From the NCBI GenBank assembly GCA_044368655.1, contig JBIPPB010000001.1, positions 154,918 through 218,917 on the forward strand: a stretch of DNA of 64,000 bases, written 5' to 3'. Position 1 is the stretch's first letter, and every line of letters starts with the position of its first letter. Below, piece by piece: positions 20,173 to 29,568 of the stretch. Source of the stretch: Chitinophagales bacterium. Lineage in GTDB: Bacteria; Bacteroidota; Bacteroidia; Chitinophagales; JADJOU01. A model generated the notes under the pieces. That model worked only from the letters and a program-made list of their open reading frames with translations, did no database searches and was not told where the DNA came from. The position numbers and the translations under genes were made by a program.

Positions 20173-21048
20173 ATGATTAAAGGAAAATTAGTAGTAATTG
20201 GTGGTGCAGTAGATAAAGGTAGCTTTACAGAAAGCGATTTTGATGCGAATGTAGAGAAAAATTTAAATTTCTTTGAAAAAGGAATTTTAAAGCGAATCAT
20301 AGACGAATCTCCTTTTAAACAAGAATCTAGAATAGAGATAATAACTACTGCATCCAAAATCCCAAAGACAGTAGGCCCTGAATACAAACGCGCATTTGAA
20401 TATTTGCAAGCAAAAAATGTAGATGTTCTTCATGTCGAAAATAGAGAAATTGCCAATAGCGAAGATACATTGAAAAGAATACATGAAGCCAATGTTGTCT
20501 TATTTACTGGAGGAGACCAATTGAGATTGACATCCATTTTGGGAGGAACAAAATTTCACGATATTTTATTGAATAAATATAAAACGGAAGATTTTGTATA
20601 TGTAGGAACTTCGGCAGGAGCTGCCGCAGCATCCAACAATATGATTTATCAGGGCTCTAGCCATGAAGCTTTGCTCAAAGGTGAAGTTAAAATTACAAGT
20701 GGATTGGGATTGATAGATGATGTCATTATCGATACACATTTTGTACAAAGAGGAAGGATTGGAAGACTTTTTCAAGCAGTAGTAGGCAATCCAAAAGTAT
20801 TGGGCATTGGGCTAGGAGAAGATACAGGACTTTTTATCAAAAATCATCACATGGAAGCTATTGGTTCGGGATTGGTAATATTGGTAGATGGCAGAGATGT
20901 GAAAGATACCAATTTAACTTCGATAGAACTAGGTGAACCGATTTCTATCAATCATATTGTTACACATGTCATGAGTCAAAATGACACATTTGATTTGAAT
21001 ACTTATAAAATGACAATCAAATCATCTAGCTTTGCATTAGTTCCTTAA
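20173..21048 (+). CDS. cphB: Cyanophycinase (peptidase S51)
   Basis: KLVVIGGAVDKG N-terminus, FTGGDQLRL, and the nucleophile segment VGTSAGAAA, typical of CphB/CphE. Divergent from cphA. Confidence 0.9.
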   Translation: MIKGKLVVIGGAVDKGSFTESDFDANVEKNLNFFEKGILKRIIDESPFKQESRIEIITTASKIPKTVGPEYKRAFEYLQAKNVDVLHVENREIANSEDTLKRIHEANVVLFTGGDQLRLTSILGGTKFHDILLNKYKTEDFVYVGTSAGAAAASNNMIYQGSSHEALLKGEVKITSGLGLIDDVIIDTHFVQRGRIGRLFQAVVGNPKVLGIGLGEDTGLFIKNHHMEAIGSGLVILVDGRDVKDTNLTSIELGEPISINHIVTHVMSQNDTFDLNTYKMTIKSSSFALVP

Positions 21049-21134
21049 TATAGATAATTTTATATACATCATTTTTGTAATAAATTATACAAATGGAAGT
21101 ATTTAGCTTTTTTCATTTCATTTAAAATAAAATC

Positions 21135-21977
21135 ATGAAATTAATTATACACGGTGGTTTTTTTTCGGAGTCTTCGCAGTCCAATGAAACAAAACTGTTG
21201 AAACAACGTGCTATTTCAAAAATTGTAACGGATTCTTACGAATTTCTAAAGACTCATACGGCATTGGAAACAGCAGTCTTTGCTATTACTTTGTTAGAAA
21301 ACGATGAATTGTTTAATGCAGGTACAGGTTCTATGATTCAAAGCGATGGCAAAATACGGATGAGCGCATCCCTTATGGACGGGGTATCCAAAAAGATGAG
21401 TGGTGTCATAAACATTGAAAATGTAAAAAATCCCATACAAATAGCGTTAGAATTACAAAAAGAACAAGATCGAATTCTAGCAGGTGAAGGTGCTGAAACG
21501 TATGCTAGGAAATTGGGAATACCAAGTTGCTCTGTTGAAACAAAAAGCAGGAGAAAGGAATATGAAACCAAACTAAAATCCTTGGGAATGGGAACGGTTG
21601 GTTGTGTTGTCATTGATCATAAAGGACATATTGCCGCGGGAACTTCCACGGGAGGAAAAGGATTTGAATTGGTAGGAAGAGTATCGGATTCAGCCACGGT
21701 TGCAGGCAATTATGCCAATGATTTTTGTGGTGTGAGTCTTACGGGAGTAGGTGAAGATATAGTGAGTGGTGCTATGGCTGCCAAAATAGTTACTAGAGTT
21801 ACTGACGGAATGACGCTGACCACAGCGGTTCAAAAAACCTTTGAGGAAATTAAACCTTTCGATGGATTTGCGGGTGCTATATGTATTGATAGTCAAGGAA
21901 ATATTGCGCATTTAGATTCATTTCCTTCTATGGTGTATGCTAGCTACGATGGTATAGTTCTCGATGTTTTTGGATAA
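21135..21977 (+). CDS. iaaA: Isoaspartyl peptidase / L-asparaginase (Ntn hydrolase, IaaA-like)
   Basis: NAGTGS, autoprocessing site G|TVGCVVID, and TSTGG / GAG motifs of plant-type asparaginases. Directly follows cphB. Confidence 0.85.
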   Translation: MKLIIHGGFFSESSQSNETKLLKQRAISKIVTDSYEFLKTHTALETAVFAITLLENDELFNAGTGSMIQSDGKIRMSASLMDGVSKKMSGVINIENVKNPIQIALELQKEQDRILAGEGAETYARKLGIPSCSVETKSRRKEYETKLKSLGMGTVGCVVIDHKGHIAAGTSTGGKGFELVGRVSDSATVAGNYANDFCGVSLTGVGEDIVSGAMAAKIVTRVTDGMTLTTAVQKTFEEIKPFDGFAGAICIDSQGNIAHLDSFPSMVYASYDGIVLDVFG

Positions 21978-22047
21978 ATAATGCTATGTTTTATTTATTT
22001 AGATTTTTGAAAATTTCGGTCATTTAGCGGATTATTATAAAACTTAT

Positions 22048-22782
22048 ATGAAAATTTTTTGTTTTTCTTTGCTTTTAATTTGTCAAATTGCTATTGCTCA
22101 AGAGCCAAAAAAAGGCTTTGGACTTTCCGAAAAAAAAGGCTTTGGAGCATCTCAACTCGATTCCCTCAATGTTTCTTGGTTTTATAATTGGGATTTGGAA
22201 TCCAAAATCAACACAAAAATTGAATTTGTGCCTATGATATTTTCGCTAAAGAAAATAAAAGCGCTGAAATATTATAATATACTTCTTGCTTTTAACGAAC
22301 CAGACCATTCCAAACAAGCAAATATTTCAAGTTTTGAAGCAAATGAAAAGTGGAATGAAATAGCTGCCAAATCTCATCAAATTGGAAGCCCAGCCCTCGC
22401 TGGAAATCTATTGAAAGATTCGAATTGGTTGGATAAATTCATCTTATCTAATCCTAAAATTGATTTTATCTGTATTCATTGGTACAAAGGGTGCAATTCT
22501 AATAAGTTTATCAAGGATATACAAAAGATTATAAAAAAATACAACAAACCTGTATGGATAACCGAATTTGCACCTCAAACGGCATCCAGTAGCAAAAAAG
22601 AACCTTATAAATTCAAACAAGACGAAATCAATCAATTTATCTCAAAAGTCTGTAATTGGATGAATACCGAACCAATGGTGTATCGTTATGCTTGGCACGA
22701 TTCCAAGAGTGGAAATACCGCATTGTTCGATTCCAATGGCCATCTAACAGAAACGGGAAAATGCTATGCTATAATCAAATAA
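22048..22782 (+). CDS. Exported clan GH-A glycoside hydrolase-like protein (glycosyl hydrolase catalytic core type)
   Basis: Signal peptide IAIA|QE. The spacing of AFNEPD (acid/base Glu) and ITEFA (nucleophile Glu) fits a (beta/alpha)8 clan A hydrolase. Family assignment is not certain. Confidence 0.55.
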   Translation: MKIFCFSLLLICQIAIAQEPKKGFGLSEKKGFGASQLDSLNVSWFYNWDLESKINTKIEFVPMIFSLKKIKALKYYNILLAFNEPDHSKQANISSFEANEKWNEIAAKSHQIGSPALAGNLLKDSNWLDKFILSNPKIDFICIHWYKGCNSNKFIKDIQKIIKKYNKPVWITEFAPQTASSSKKEPYKFKQDEINQFISKVCNWMNTEPMVYRYAWHDSKSGNTALFDSNGHLTETGKCYAIIK

Positions 22783-22788
22783 TTGTTT

Positions 22789-23151
22789 CTAATACTGCCC
22801 CGTCTGCAACAAAACCAGCGTACAAGCTTCTTCGTAGGCTATTCCTTTTTCTTCAAGAAGAGGATAGAACGCAGGATTTTCAGTACCTGGATTGAAAATG
22901 ACACGTTTAGGCTTGAGCGCTAGGATATAATCAAAATGAACGGTTTGATTCGTTGGATTGAGGTATAGACTTATGGTGTCCAATGCTTCGGGATAGAAAT
23001 ATTCATTCTGAATAGCTACATCGGCTATTTTTCCTGTGTTAAGACCATACGCATAAGTCGTATAATTGTATTTTCGCAGCATATTTACAGCCTTATTAGA
23101 ATATCTATCCGTATTCTCCGAGGCTCCAATGACTAATGTGGGTTTATTCAT
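22789..23151 (-). CDS. CoA-binding domain protein (YccU/YneT-like)
   Basis: About 120 aa. N-terminal TLVIGASENTDRYSNKAV pattern and C-terminal FNPGTEN, typical of the single-domain CoA-binding family. ATG at 23151. Confidence 0.7.
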   Translation of the reverse strand: MNKPTLVIGASENTDRYSNKAVNMLRKYNYTTYAYGLNTGKIADVAIQNEYFYPEALDTISLYLNPTNQTVHFDYILALKPKRVIFNPGTENPAFYPLLEEKGIAYEEACTLVLLQTGQY

Positions 23152-23280
23152 AATCAATTATTTGAAAAAATCTTCTTCTCAGGCTAAAGCCTGAGTCTAT
23201 TGAAAAAAGACCCCATTGGAGTTTTACGTTATCAATCAAGTTTTTAAATTATAAACTTGTGATTCCAACGAAATCATTTT

Positions 23281-23703
23281 TTAGCAATAATGTTCAAATA
23301 TTTTTTTAAGATGTTGGCCAATAGCTTCGGCTACATTTCCTTCAATTTGATGTCTTTCAATAAAGTGAACCAATTTATTTCCTTTAAAAAGCGCCATACT
23401 TGGCGAAGAAGGAGGATAAGGAAGCGTATAGCTTCGAGCTTGCGCTACAGCATCGGAATCAACACCCGCAAAAACGGTTGTTAATTTAGAAGGTTTTTTA
23501 TCGCTATTCTGAACAGCCCATCGTATTCCAGGTCTAGCTGCTCCAGCAGCACAACCACATACCGAGTTAATCACTAAAAGCGTTGTTTCTTCTTCGTTTG
23601 CATTTTCAAATACATCATCCACTTCTTGTGGTGTTTTTAATTCGTTAAATCCAATTTCTACTAATTCTTGGCGCATCGGCGCTACGAGTTCTTCAGGATA
23701 CAT
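23281..23703 (-). CDS. BrxA/BrxB-type bacilliredoxin (DUF1094 thioredoxin-fold)
   Basis: 140 aa with the diagnostic VINSVCGCAAGAARP redox motif. Confidence 0.8.
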   Translation of the reverse strand: MYPEELVAPMRQELVEIGFNELKTPQEVDDVFENANEEETTLLVINSVCGCAAGAARPGIRWAVQNSDKKPSKLTTVFAGVDSDAVAQARSYTLPYPPSSPSMALFKGNKLVHFIERHQIEGNVAEAIGQHLKKIFEHYC

Positions 23704-23767
23704 AATTTAATTCTTTTTAAGAAAAACAAAAGCACTTTTTAATTAGTTCCAAACGGTTGATGAATAA

Positions 23768-24817
23768 TTATGCGTTTTCTACTCTTTTATAATCTAAAGT
23801 ATAAATTAAATGACCTGCTCTTCCTTTTTTAAAAATCATTTGTCCTTTATCTTTACCTTTCCGAAGTCTCTTCTGTTCTTCAATAGGTAGCTTGATAAAA
23901 TCTTGACAAGATGGACTACAGCAGTTTTCATATTTTTCTTTACAAGTATCACATTGAATAAACAAAAGATGACATGCTTCATTAATACAATTGGTGTGTG
24001 TATCGGCAGGTGTTCCACACTGATGGCAATTACTGATAATATCTTCGGTAATTCGCTCTCCTAATCTTTCGTCAAAAACAAAATTTTTGCCTATGAACTT
24101 AGGTTTGATTTCATGCTCTTTACAATCTTTAGCATATTTGATGATACCACCCTCTAATTGAAAAACATTTTCAAACCCTTTGTATTTCATATAAGCACTT
24201 GCTTTTTCACAACGAATGCCTCCTGTACAATACATCAAAATAGGTTTATCTTTTCGATCTGCAAGTTGTTCGGCAACTTTTGGTAATTGCTCTCTAAACG
24301 TATCTACGTCTGGCAAAATAGCACCTTCAAAGTGTCCCACCTCACTTTCGTAATGATTTCTAAAATCAACAACGATGGTGTCTGGATTTTCCATCATCAT
24401 ATTAAAATCTTTGGCATTTAAATGAACGCCACAATTGGAAGAGTCAAATGCGGGATCTTCAATACCATCTGCCACAATTTTATTTCGAACCAAAATTTTT
24501 AATTTAAAAAACGATTTTCCTTGCTCTACAGCAATATTTCTTCGGATTTTTTTGGTTATGGGAAATTGTTCGAGATAGGTATTAAAAATATCAATATTTT
24601 TTGATGGAACACAAAGTTGTGCATTAATGCCTTCGTGGGCTATGTATATTCGTCCCATAACGCCCATAGCGAACCATGCGCGGTAAAATTCATCTCTTAA
24701 GGCTTGTGGATTTTCGATGTATTTATATCGATAAAATGAAATGGTTACAAAAGAATCCTCTACGTCTTTCAGTTTTTCTTTGAGTATTCTTTTATCTACT
24801 TTGTTAGACAGTTGCAT
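23768..24817 (-). CDS. trhO: Rhodanese-domain tRNA uridine(34) hydroxylase (TrhO/YceA, UPF0176)
   Basis: UPF0176 N-terminal domain, rhodanese active-site loop MYCTGGIRCEKA, and C-terminal Cys-rich CHQCG...C...C tail. Confidence 0.85.
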   Translation of the reverse strand: MQLSNKVDKRILKEKLKDVEDSFVTISFYRYKYIENPQALRDEFYRAWFAMGVMGRIYIAHEGINAQLCVPSKNIDIFNTYLEQFPITKKIRRNIAVEQGKSFFKLKILVRNKIVADGIEDPAFDSSNCGVHLNAKDFNMMMENPDTIVVDFRNHYESEVGHFEGAILPDVDTFREQLPKVAEQLADRKDKPILMYCTGGIRCEKASAYMKYKGFENVFQLEGGIIKYAKDCKEHEIKPKFIGKNFVFDERLGERITEDIISNCHQCGTPADTHTNCINEACHLLFIQCDTCKEKYENCCSPSCQDFIKLPIEEQKRLRKGKDKGQMIFKKGRAGHLIYTLDYKRVENA

Positions 24818-24961
24818 GCTGAATATTTTTTAGATAAAATAATTTAAGTGCAAAATTAAGTGCTAAAATTTAAATTTCGATTAATTTTTTATAATTATCT
24901 TTATTTCAATTTGTTATGAAATAAAAATAAAAGATTTTTAGGTCTTTTATTAAAGACTTCT

Positions 24962-24969
24962 TATCTTTG
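24962..24969 (+). promoter_or_regulatory. -7-type promoter box (TATCTTTG) upstream of the Rrf2 regulator gene
   Basis: Exact TAnnTTTG match 18 nt before the ATG at 24988. Confidence 0.45.
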
Positions 24970-24987
24970 CGCTAACAAAATAAAAAT

Positions 24988-25422
24988 ATGTTATCTAAAA
25001 CTTGTGAATATGCAATGCGAACCTTAATTTGTATTGCTTTGCATTATAAAGAAGAGGAACGTGTGGATTTAAAGAAAATAACAGAGATGATTCATGCACC
25101 GCTTCCATTCGTAATAAAAATTATGCAACAGCTAGCGAAAGCGGGATTAGTCATTTCAAAAAAAGGCCCTAATGGAGGATTTTTCTTATCGGAAGAACAA
25201 CGAAATATGCCTTTAATCAATATTATTAAATTGATAGATGGTAATGAGCTTTTTACCAATTGTATTTTGGGGTTAAAAAAATGTACCGAAAATAAACCAT
25301 GCCCGTTGCATTTTAAATTTAAACCAATAAAAGCCGAACTTCAAAAATTGTTTGATATGCATAGTATTGAAACGATTAAAAATGACCTTGAAACCCAACA
25401 GTTTTTTCTTTCCATTTCTTAA
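24988..25422 (+). CDS. Rrf2-family transcriptional regulator
   Basis: N-terminal MLSKTCEYAMRTLICIA wHTH, GPNGGFFL, and a C-terminal Cys cluster (C..C.....C) as in Fe-S-binding Rrf2 members. Confidence 0.8.
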   Translation: MLSKTCEYAMRTLICIALHYKEEERVDLKKITEMIHAPLPFVIKIMQQLAKAGLVISKKGPNGGFFLSEEQRNMPLINIIKLIDGNELFTNCILGLKKCTENKPCPLHFKFKPIKAELQKLFDMHSIETIKNDLETQQFFLSIS

Positions 25423-25434
25423 TAATTTCTAAAA

Positions 25435-27825
25435 ATGAACCGATCTCAAAATGCATTACATTGTTTCCATTGTGGAGATGTTTGTATGAGCAAAAAATGG
25501 CATTTCGGAGATCATTTTTTTTGTTGTAATGGCTGTCAAACGGTTTATCAAATATTAAATCAAAATGACATGTGTGCGTATTATGATTTAAATCAAAATC
25601 CGGGCATTGCAAATAAAGACGGAATTCGAAGTAATAAATATGATTTTTTAGAATTACCCGAGTTTAAAACCAAATGGATTCAGTTTTCAGACGCTAAAAA
25701 AAGTCATATAACGTTTTATATTCCACAAATGCACTGTAGCAGTTGTCTTTGGGTATTAGAGCGATTATACAAAATAAATCCTGCGGTAATTGAAAGCTCG
25801 GTTAATTTTAAGTCTAAAGAGCTTTTTGTTGTATTTAACCACAATCTAATATCAATAAAAGATTTGGTCATTTTATTGGCAAAAATTGGATATGAACCGA
25901 TTTTAGAAATAGACAAAAACGAGTCGGAAATTAAAAAAAATGTAGCACGAAAAAGGCTTTATAAAATTGGAGTGGCTGGATTTTGTTTTAGCAATATCAT
26001 GATGTTGAGTTTTCCCGAATATCTAACGGAAACGAATGCGGTTACGAGTCAACTTTCAAGAGGATTTCAAATCTTGGCGTTGATTTTATCCATTCCGGTT
26101 TTAGGTTATGCCGGTAATGAATTTTTTATTTCAGCATATAAAGGTTTGAAGCATCGAATAATAAATATCGATTTTCCTGTTGCGGCAGCCCTACTCATTA
26201 CGTTTTTTAGAAGTTTATATGAAATGCAACATACCTTAGGTATTGGATATTTAGACAGTATGTCGGGCGTTGTCTTTTTTTTATTAATTGGAAGGTGGCT
26301 GCAAGAAAAAACCGAAACACATATTGTTTTTAATCGAGAATTTACATCGTTTTTACCTATTGCTGTTTTTAAGAAAAATGAAAATGGCTTTACGCCCGAA
26401 AACATTAAAAATATCCAAAAAAACGATATATTAAAAATTCATGCGCAAGAAATTATACCAGTTGATGGCATATTAAGTAAAGGAAATGCGATGTTGGATT
26501 ATAGTTTTGTAACCGGAGAAAGTCAGATTATCGCTTCGCAAATTGGCGAAGTCATTTATGCCGGCGCCAAACAAACCCAAGGTGCTATTGAAATAATGGC
26601 AAGCCATAGCGTTTCTCAGAGTTATTTGAATAGTTTATGGAATAAAAATAGAAATGCAAGTGAGGTGATTAAAGAAAAATTTGAAGATATTTTATCCCAA
26701 TATTTTAGTTTGTTGGTTTTTCTTTTGGGGCTTTCGGCAGGTGTTTTTTGGTATTTTAATAATGAAATGCAGCTTATGTGGAACGCTATGACAACAGTTT
26801 TTATTATCGCGTGTCCTTGTGCGCTGCTTTTGGCAACCAATTTTACAAATGGAAATATCATGCGATTGTTAAATCTATGGGGTATGTATTTAAAAAATGC
26901 AGACGTTTTAAGTCAAATCCAAGAGATCAAACATTTCGTTTTTGATAAAACGGGAACGATCACACATCATCATGACGATCAAATTTCATTTGAAGGCGCG
27001 CTATTAAAAGATGAAGAAATCAATGATATTGCAGCGATTCTATGGCAATCCAAACATCCCATTGCTCAGGCGGTTTTTCAGTTTTTAAAAATTCCTATAG
27101 AAAAAACAAATATTTTGATAGAAGAAGTGGAAGGAAAAGGAATTCTTGCAAAAAAGAATCATTTCGAATTTAAGCTCGGTAGCGCCGCTTTTGTGGGTTT
27201 AGAAAACGAAGTTATTGAAAATGCTTCGGTGCTTTATGTCAAAATTAATGATGATATTAAAGGTAAATTCTTAATTCATAAAGCGTTTCGTGATGGTGCA
27301 TTAGCAATGATTCATAGATTTTCCAAAAGGTATAAAACAAGCATTTTGTCGGGGGATAGTAATTATCAAGAAGCGTATTTAAGTTCGCATTTACCCAATA
27401 CAAAATTGTTATTCCATCAAAAACCCGAAGATAAATTAGCATATATTTTGGATGTTCAAAATAAAAGTCAAAAAGTGATGATGGTTGGAGATGGATTGAA
27501 TGATGCCTTAGCCCTTTCAAAAAGTCATGTAGGGATTGCCGTTGCTGAGGATTTTAATACATTTACACCTGCGGCTAAAGCGATTTTGAAAGCCAAAAAT
27601 ATTACTATGCTACCTAAAATTATCGAATTGGTAAAATTTGGTAAATTGGTGATTTGGATTTGTTTTATTTTCTCCATAATATTTAATGTCATTGGATTAT
27701 TTTATGCCGTTCAGGGCACATTAAAACCTATAATTGCAGCAATATTGATGACGTCGAGTAGCCTCGGTATTATATTGATTAGTTATGGATTGAGTTCGTT
27801 AAAGATGAAATCATTAAAAAAATGA
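25435..27825 (+). CDS. ccoI: Heavy-metal (copper) translocating P1B-type ATPase, CcoI/FixI-like
   Basis: N-terminal CFHCG...CCNGCQTVYQIL metal-binding domain typical of FixI/CcoI, HMA MHCSSC, TGES, CPC, DKTGT and GDGLND motifs. Confidence 0.85.
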   Translation: MNRSQNALHCFHCGDVCMSKKWHFGDHFFCCNGCQTVYQILNQNDMCAYYDLNQNPGIANKDGIRSNKYDFLELPEFKTKWIQFSDAKKSHITFYIPQMHCSSCLWVLERLYKINPAVIESSVNFKSKELFVVFNHNLISIKDLVILLAKIGYEPILEIDKNESEIKKNVARKRLYKIGVAGFCFSNIMMLSFPEYLTETNAVTSQLSRGFQILALILSIPVLGYAGNEFFISAYKGLKHRIINIDFPVAAALLITFFRSLYEMQHTLGIGYLDSMSGVVFFLLIGRWLQEKTETHIVFNREFTSFLPIAVFKKNENGFTPENIKNIQKNDILKIHAQEIIPVDGILSKGNAMLDYSFVTGESQIIASQIGEVIYAGAKQTQGAIEIMASHSVSQSYLNSLWNKNRNASEVIKEKFEDILSQYFSLLVFLLGLSAGVFWYFNNEMQLMWNAMTTVFIIACPCALLLATNFTNGNIMRLLNLWGMYLKNADVLSQIQEIKHFVFDKTGTITHHHDDQISFEGALLKDEEINDIAAILWQSKHPIAQAVFQFLKIPIEKTNILIEEVEGKGILAKKNHFEFKLGSAAFVGLENEVIENASVLYVKINDDIKGKFLIHKAFRDGALAMIHRFSKRYKTSILSGDSNYQEAYLSSHLPNTKLLFHQKPEDKLAYILDVQNKSQKVMMVGDGLNDALALSKSHVGIAVAEDFNTFTPAAKAILKAKNITMLPKIIELVKFGKLVIWICFIFSIIFNVIGLFYAVQGTLKPIIAAILMTSSSLGIILISYGLSSLKMKSLKK

Positions 27826-27837
27826 CAATAAAAATCG

Positions 27838-27845
27838 TATTTTTG
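27838..27845 (+). promoter_or_regulatory. -7-type promoter box (TATTTTTG)
   Basis: Exact TAnnTTTG match 23 nt before the ATG at 27869. Confidence 0.4.
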
Positions 27846-27868
27846 TCTAATATATTTAAATTATTCTA

Positions 27869-28489
27869 ATGTCCAATACGACTTCTTCTAAAAAAACCAT
27901 CAACGTTATTCTATTTTTTATAGTCATTATTGCCGCTATTTTTCTTTATTTTAAAAGCACACAAAATGATAAAAAGGTAGAAGAAGATGCGCAGATTATT
28001 TTAAAATCAGTAACTTCTGTAAGTAAATTAGTTGTGCTTGAAAGTCAGTGGAGCGAAATTTACACGTATAAAGAAACCGAAAAGGTCTTTTTTAATCTTG
28101 TGCCCACCGAAAAAAAGGCCATTGTTTTACTCAAAGCCAAAGCGCAAATTAGTTACGATTTAAAAAAATTAAAAATCAAGATAGATAAAGAAAACAAACA
28201 GTTAATTATTCAATCCTTACCTAAGGAAGAAATCATGATTGAGCCTGATTTAGAATATTATGATATCGAAACCAGTGTTTTTAATAAATTTAAGCCTTCG
28301 GATTTTAATAAAATTCAAAAAAATGCAAAAGCCTTTGTTTTAAATGAAATCGAAAAAAGTGGCTTAAAAAATCAAGCAAAACAAGTTTTTATAGAAAAAT
28401 TACAGTCGTTAATTTCGCTTACCGAAGGCTTGGGCTGGACCGTAAAATACGAAGGAACTATTGAAAATTATATTAAGGATAAAATCTAA
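27869..28489 (+). CDS. Membrane-anchored protein, DUF4230-like
   Basis: N-terminal TM helix. Size and the VLESQWSEIYTYKE-type segment resemble DUF4230. Function unknown. Confidence 0.45.
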   Translation: MSNTTSSKKTINVILFFIVIIAAIFLYFKSTQNDKKVEEDAQIILKSVTSVSKLVVLESQWSEIYTYKETEKVFFNLVPTEKKAIVLLKAKAQISYDLKKLKIKIDKENKQLIIQSLPKEEIMIEPDLEYYDIETSVFNKFKPSDFNKIQKNAKAFVLNEIEKSGLKNQAKQVFIEKLQSLISLTEGLGWTVKYEGTIENYIKDKI

Positions 28490-28494
28490 TTTTT

Positions 28495-29070
28495 ATGATG
28501 CATCAAATCTTAGTCGCTTCGGGCAATCAAAATAAAATTGATGAAATGCGCGCCATACTCAAAACCAAATTTGAAGTATTGGGCTTAAAAGACATAAATT
28601 GGACGGAAGAAATTCCAGAGCCTTTTGATACCATTCGTGAAAATGCGATTCATAAGGCGCATTATTTTTTTGAGAAAACCGGCAAACCTTGTTTTTCGGA
28701 AGATAGTGGGCTGGAAGTGGACGCATTAGATGGAAAGCCAAGCGCCTTTAGCGCACGATTTGCAGGACCCGAAAAAAATGATTTAGCCAATATTCATAAA
28801 GTTCTTGAATTAATGCAAGGCGTTGAAAATCGTAAAGCACAATTTAAATCCGTAATGGTTTTTTATGATGGAAGCCAAGAAATCATTACCGAAGGCGTAA
28901 TGAAGGGAACTATAATCCATGAAATCAAAGGTGAAAATGGTTTTGGTTATGATCCTATTTTTATGGCTGATAATCAAACGTTGACCAATGCCCAATTAAC
29001 CAAAGTGCAAAAAAATGAAATCAGCCATCGCCGAAAAGCATTGGACAAAATGATAGCAATGTTGCGTTAA
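28495..29070 (+). CDS. rdgB: Non-canonical purine NTP pyrophosphatase (RdgB/HAM1)
   Basis: VASGNQNKIDE, FSEDSGLEVDAL, FGYDPIF and SHRRKAL motifs. Confidence 0.9.
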   Translation: MMHQILVASGNQNKIDEMRAILKTKFEVLGLKDINWTEEIPEPFDTIRENAIHKAHYFFEKTGKPCFSEDSGLEVDALDGKPSAFSARFAGPEKNDLANIHKVLELMQGVENRKAQFKSVMVFYDGSQEIITEGVMKGTIIHEIKGENGFGYDPIFMADNQTLTNAQLTKVQKNEISHRRKALDKMIAMLR

Positions 29071-29072
29071 TA

Positions 29073-29414
29073 TTAAGGCTTAATCTTTTGAACATGTGTA
29101 GCGACATGGTCAATTTTTTGGTGAATTATAGAAATTCCAACCGTATCATAATTTAAACCTTGTAAAAGAGAATCTACTTCGAAATTTGTTTTTTCGATAT
29201 CTTGCCAAATCGATAGAAACGAAGAATCCATAAGAATGGAATCCGGCATTTTGTTGATTTTCTCTTTAATTTCGGCAAACTTGATTTTTACCGCTGAGAT
29301 TTCAGAACTTTTCTTTGTAGAACTTCGATATTTTTTGAAAATAAAAAATACAGCAAAAATATTGATTACAACAAGGATAAAAATGGCAAATAAATATATT
29401 TTTTTAATTTGCAT
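29073..29414 (-). CDS. Hypothetical membrane-anchored protein
   Basis: 113 aa with a single N-terminal TM helix. No recognisable domain. Confidence 0.45.
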   Translation of the reverse strand: MQIKKIYLFAIFILVVINIFAVFFIFKKYRSSTKKSSEISAVKIKFAEIKEKINKMPDSILMDSSFLSIWQDIEKTNFEVDSLLQGLNYDTVGISIIHQKIDHVATHVQKIKP

Positions 29415-29568
29415 GTGCTTTTATTCGGATTAAAAAACCATCAAAATAGTACCATAAACTAAAATGGACTACAAATTTACGAATTATATTTTTTCTGTAA
29501 TGTATAAATAACTAATCTCCAATTTTTGGCTAATTTTTTGTTTCTTTGCATTTTAAAAATAAAATAAG

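Noticed and set aside
22656-22895. The 79-aa ORF spanning the junction of the convergent GH-like and CoA-binding genes.
   Set aside because: It overlaps both well-supported genes in other frames and has no motif support.
29415-29568. Leader regions of pheT (29415-29568) and glyQS (44546-44682), inspected for T-box or other riboswitch-like leaders.
   Set aside because: I saw no specifier or T-box-like conserved sequence and no convincing terminator/antiterminator pair. T-boxes are also not expected in Bacteroidota.
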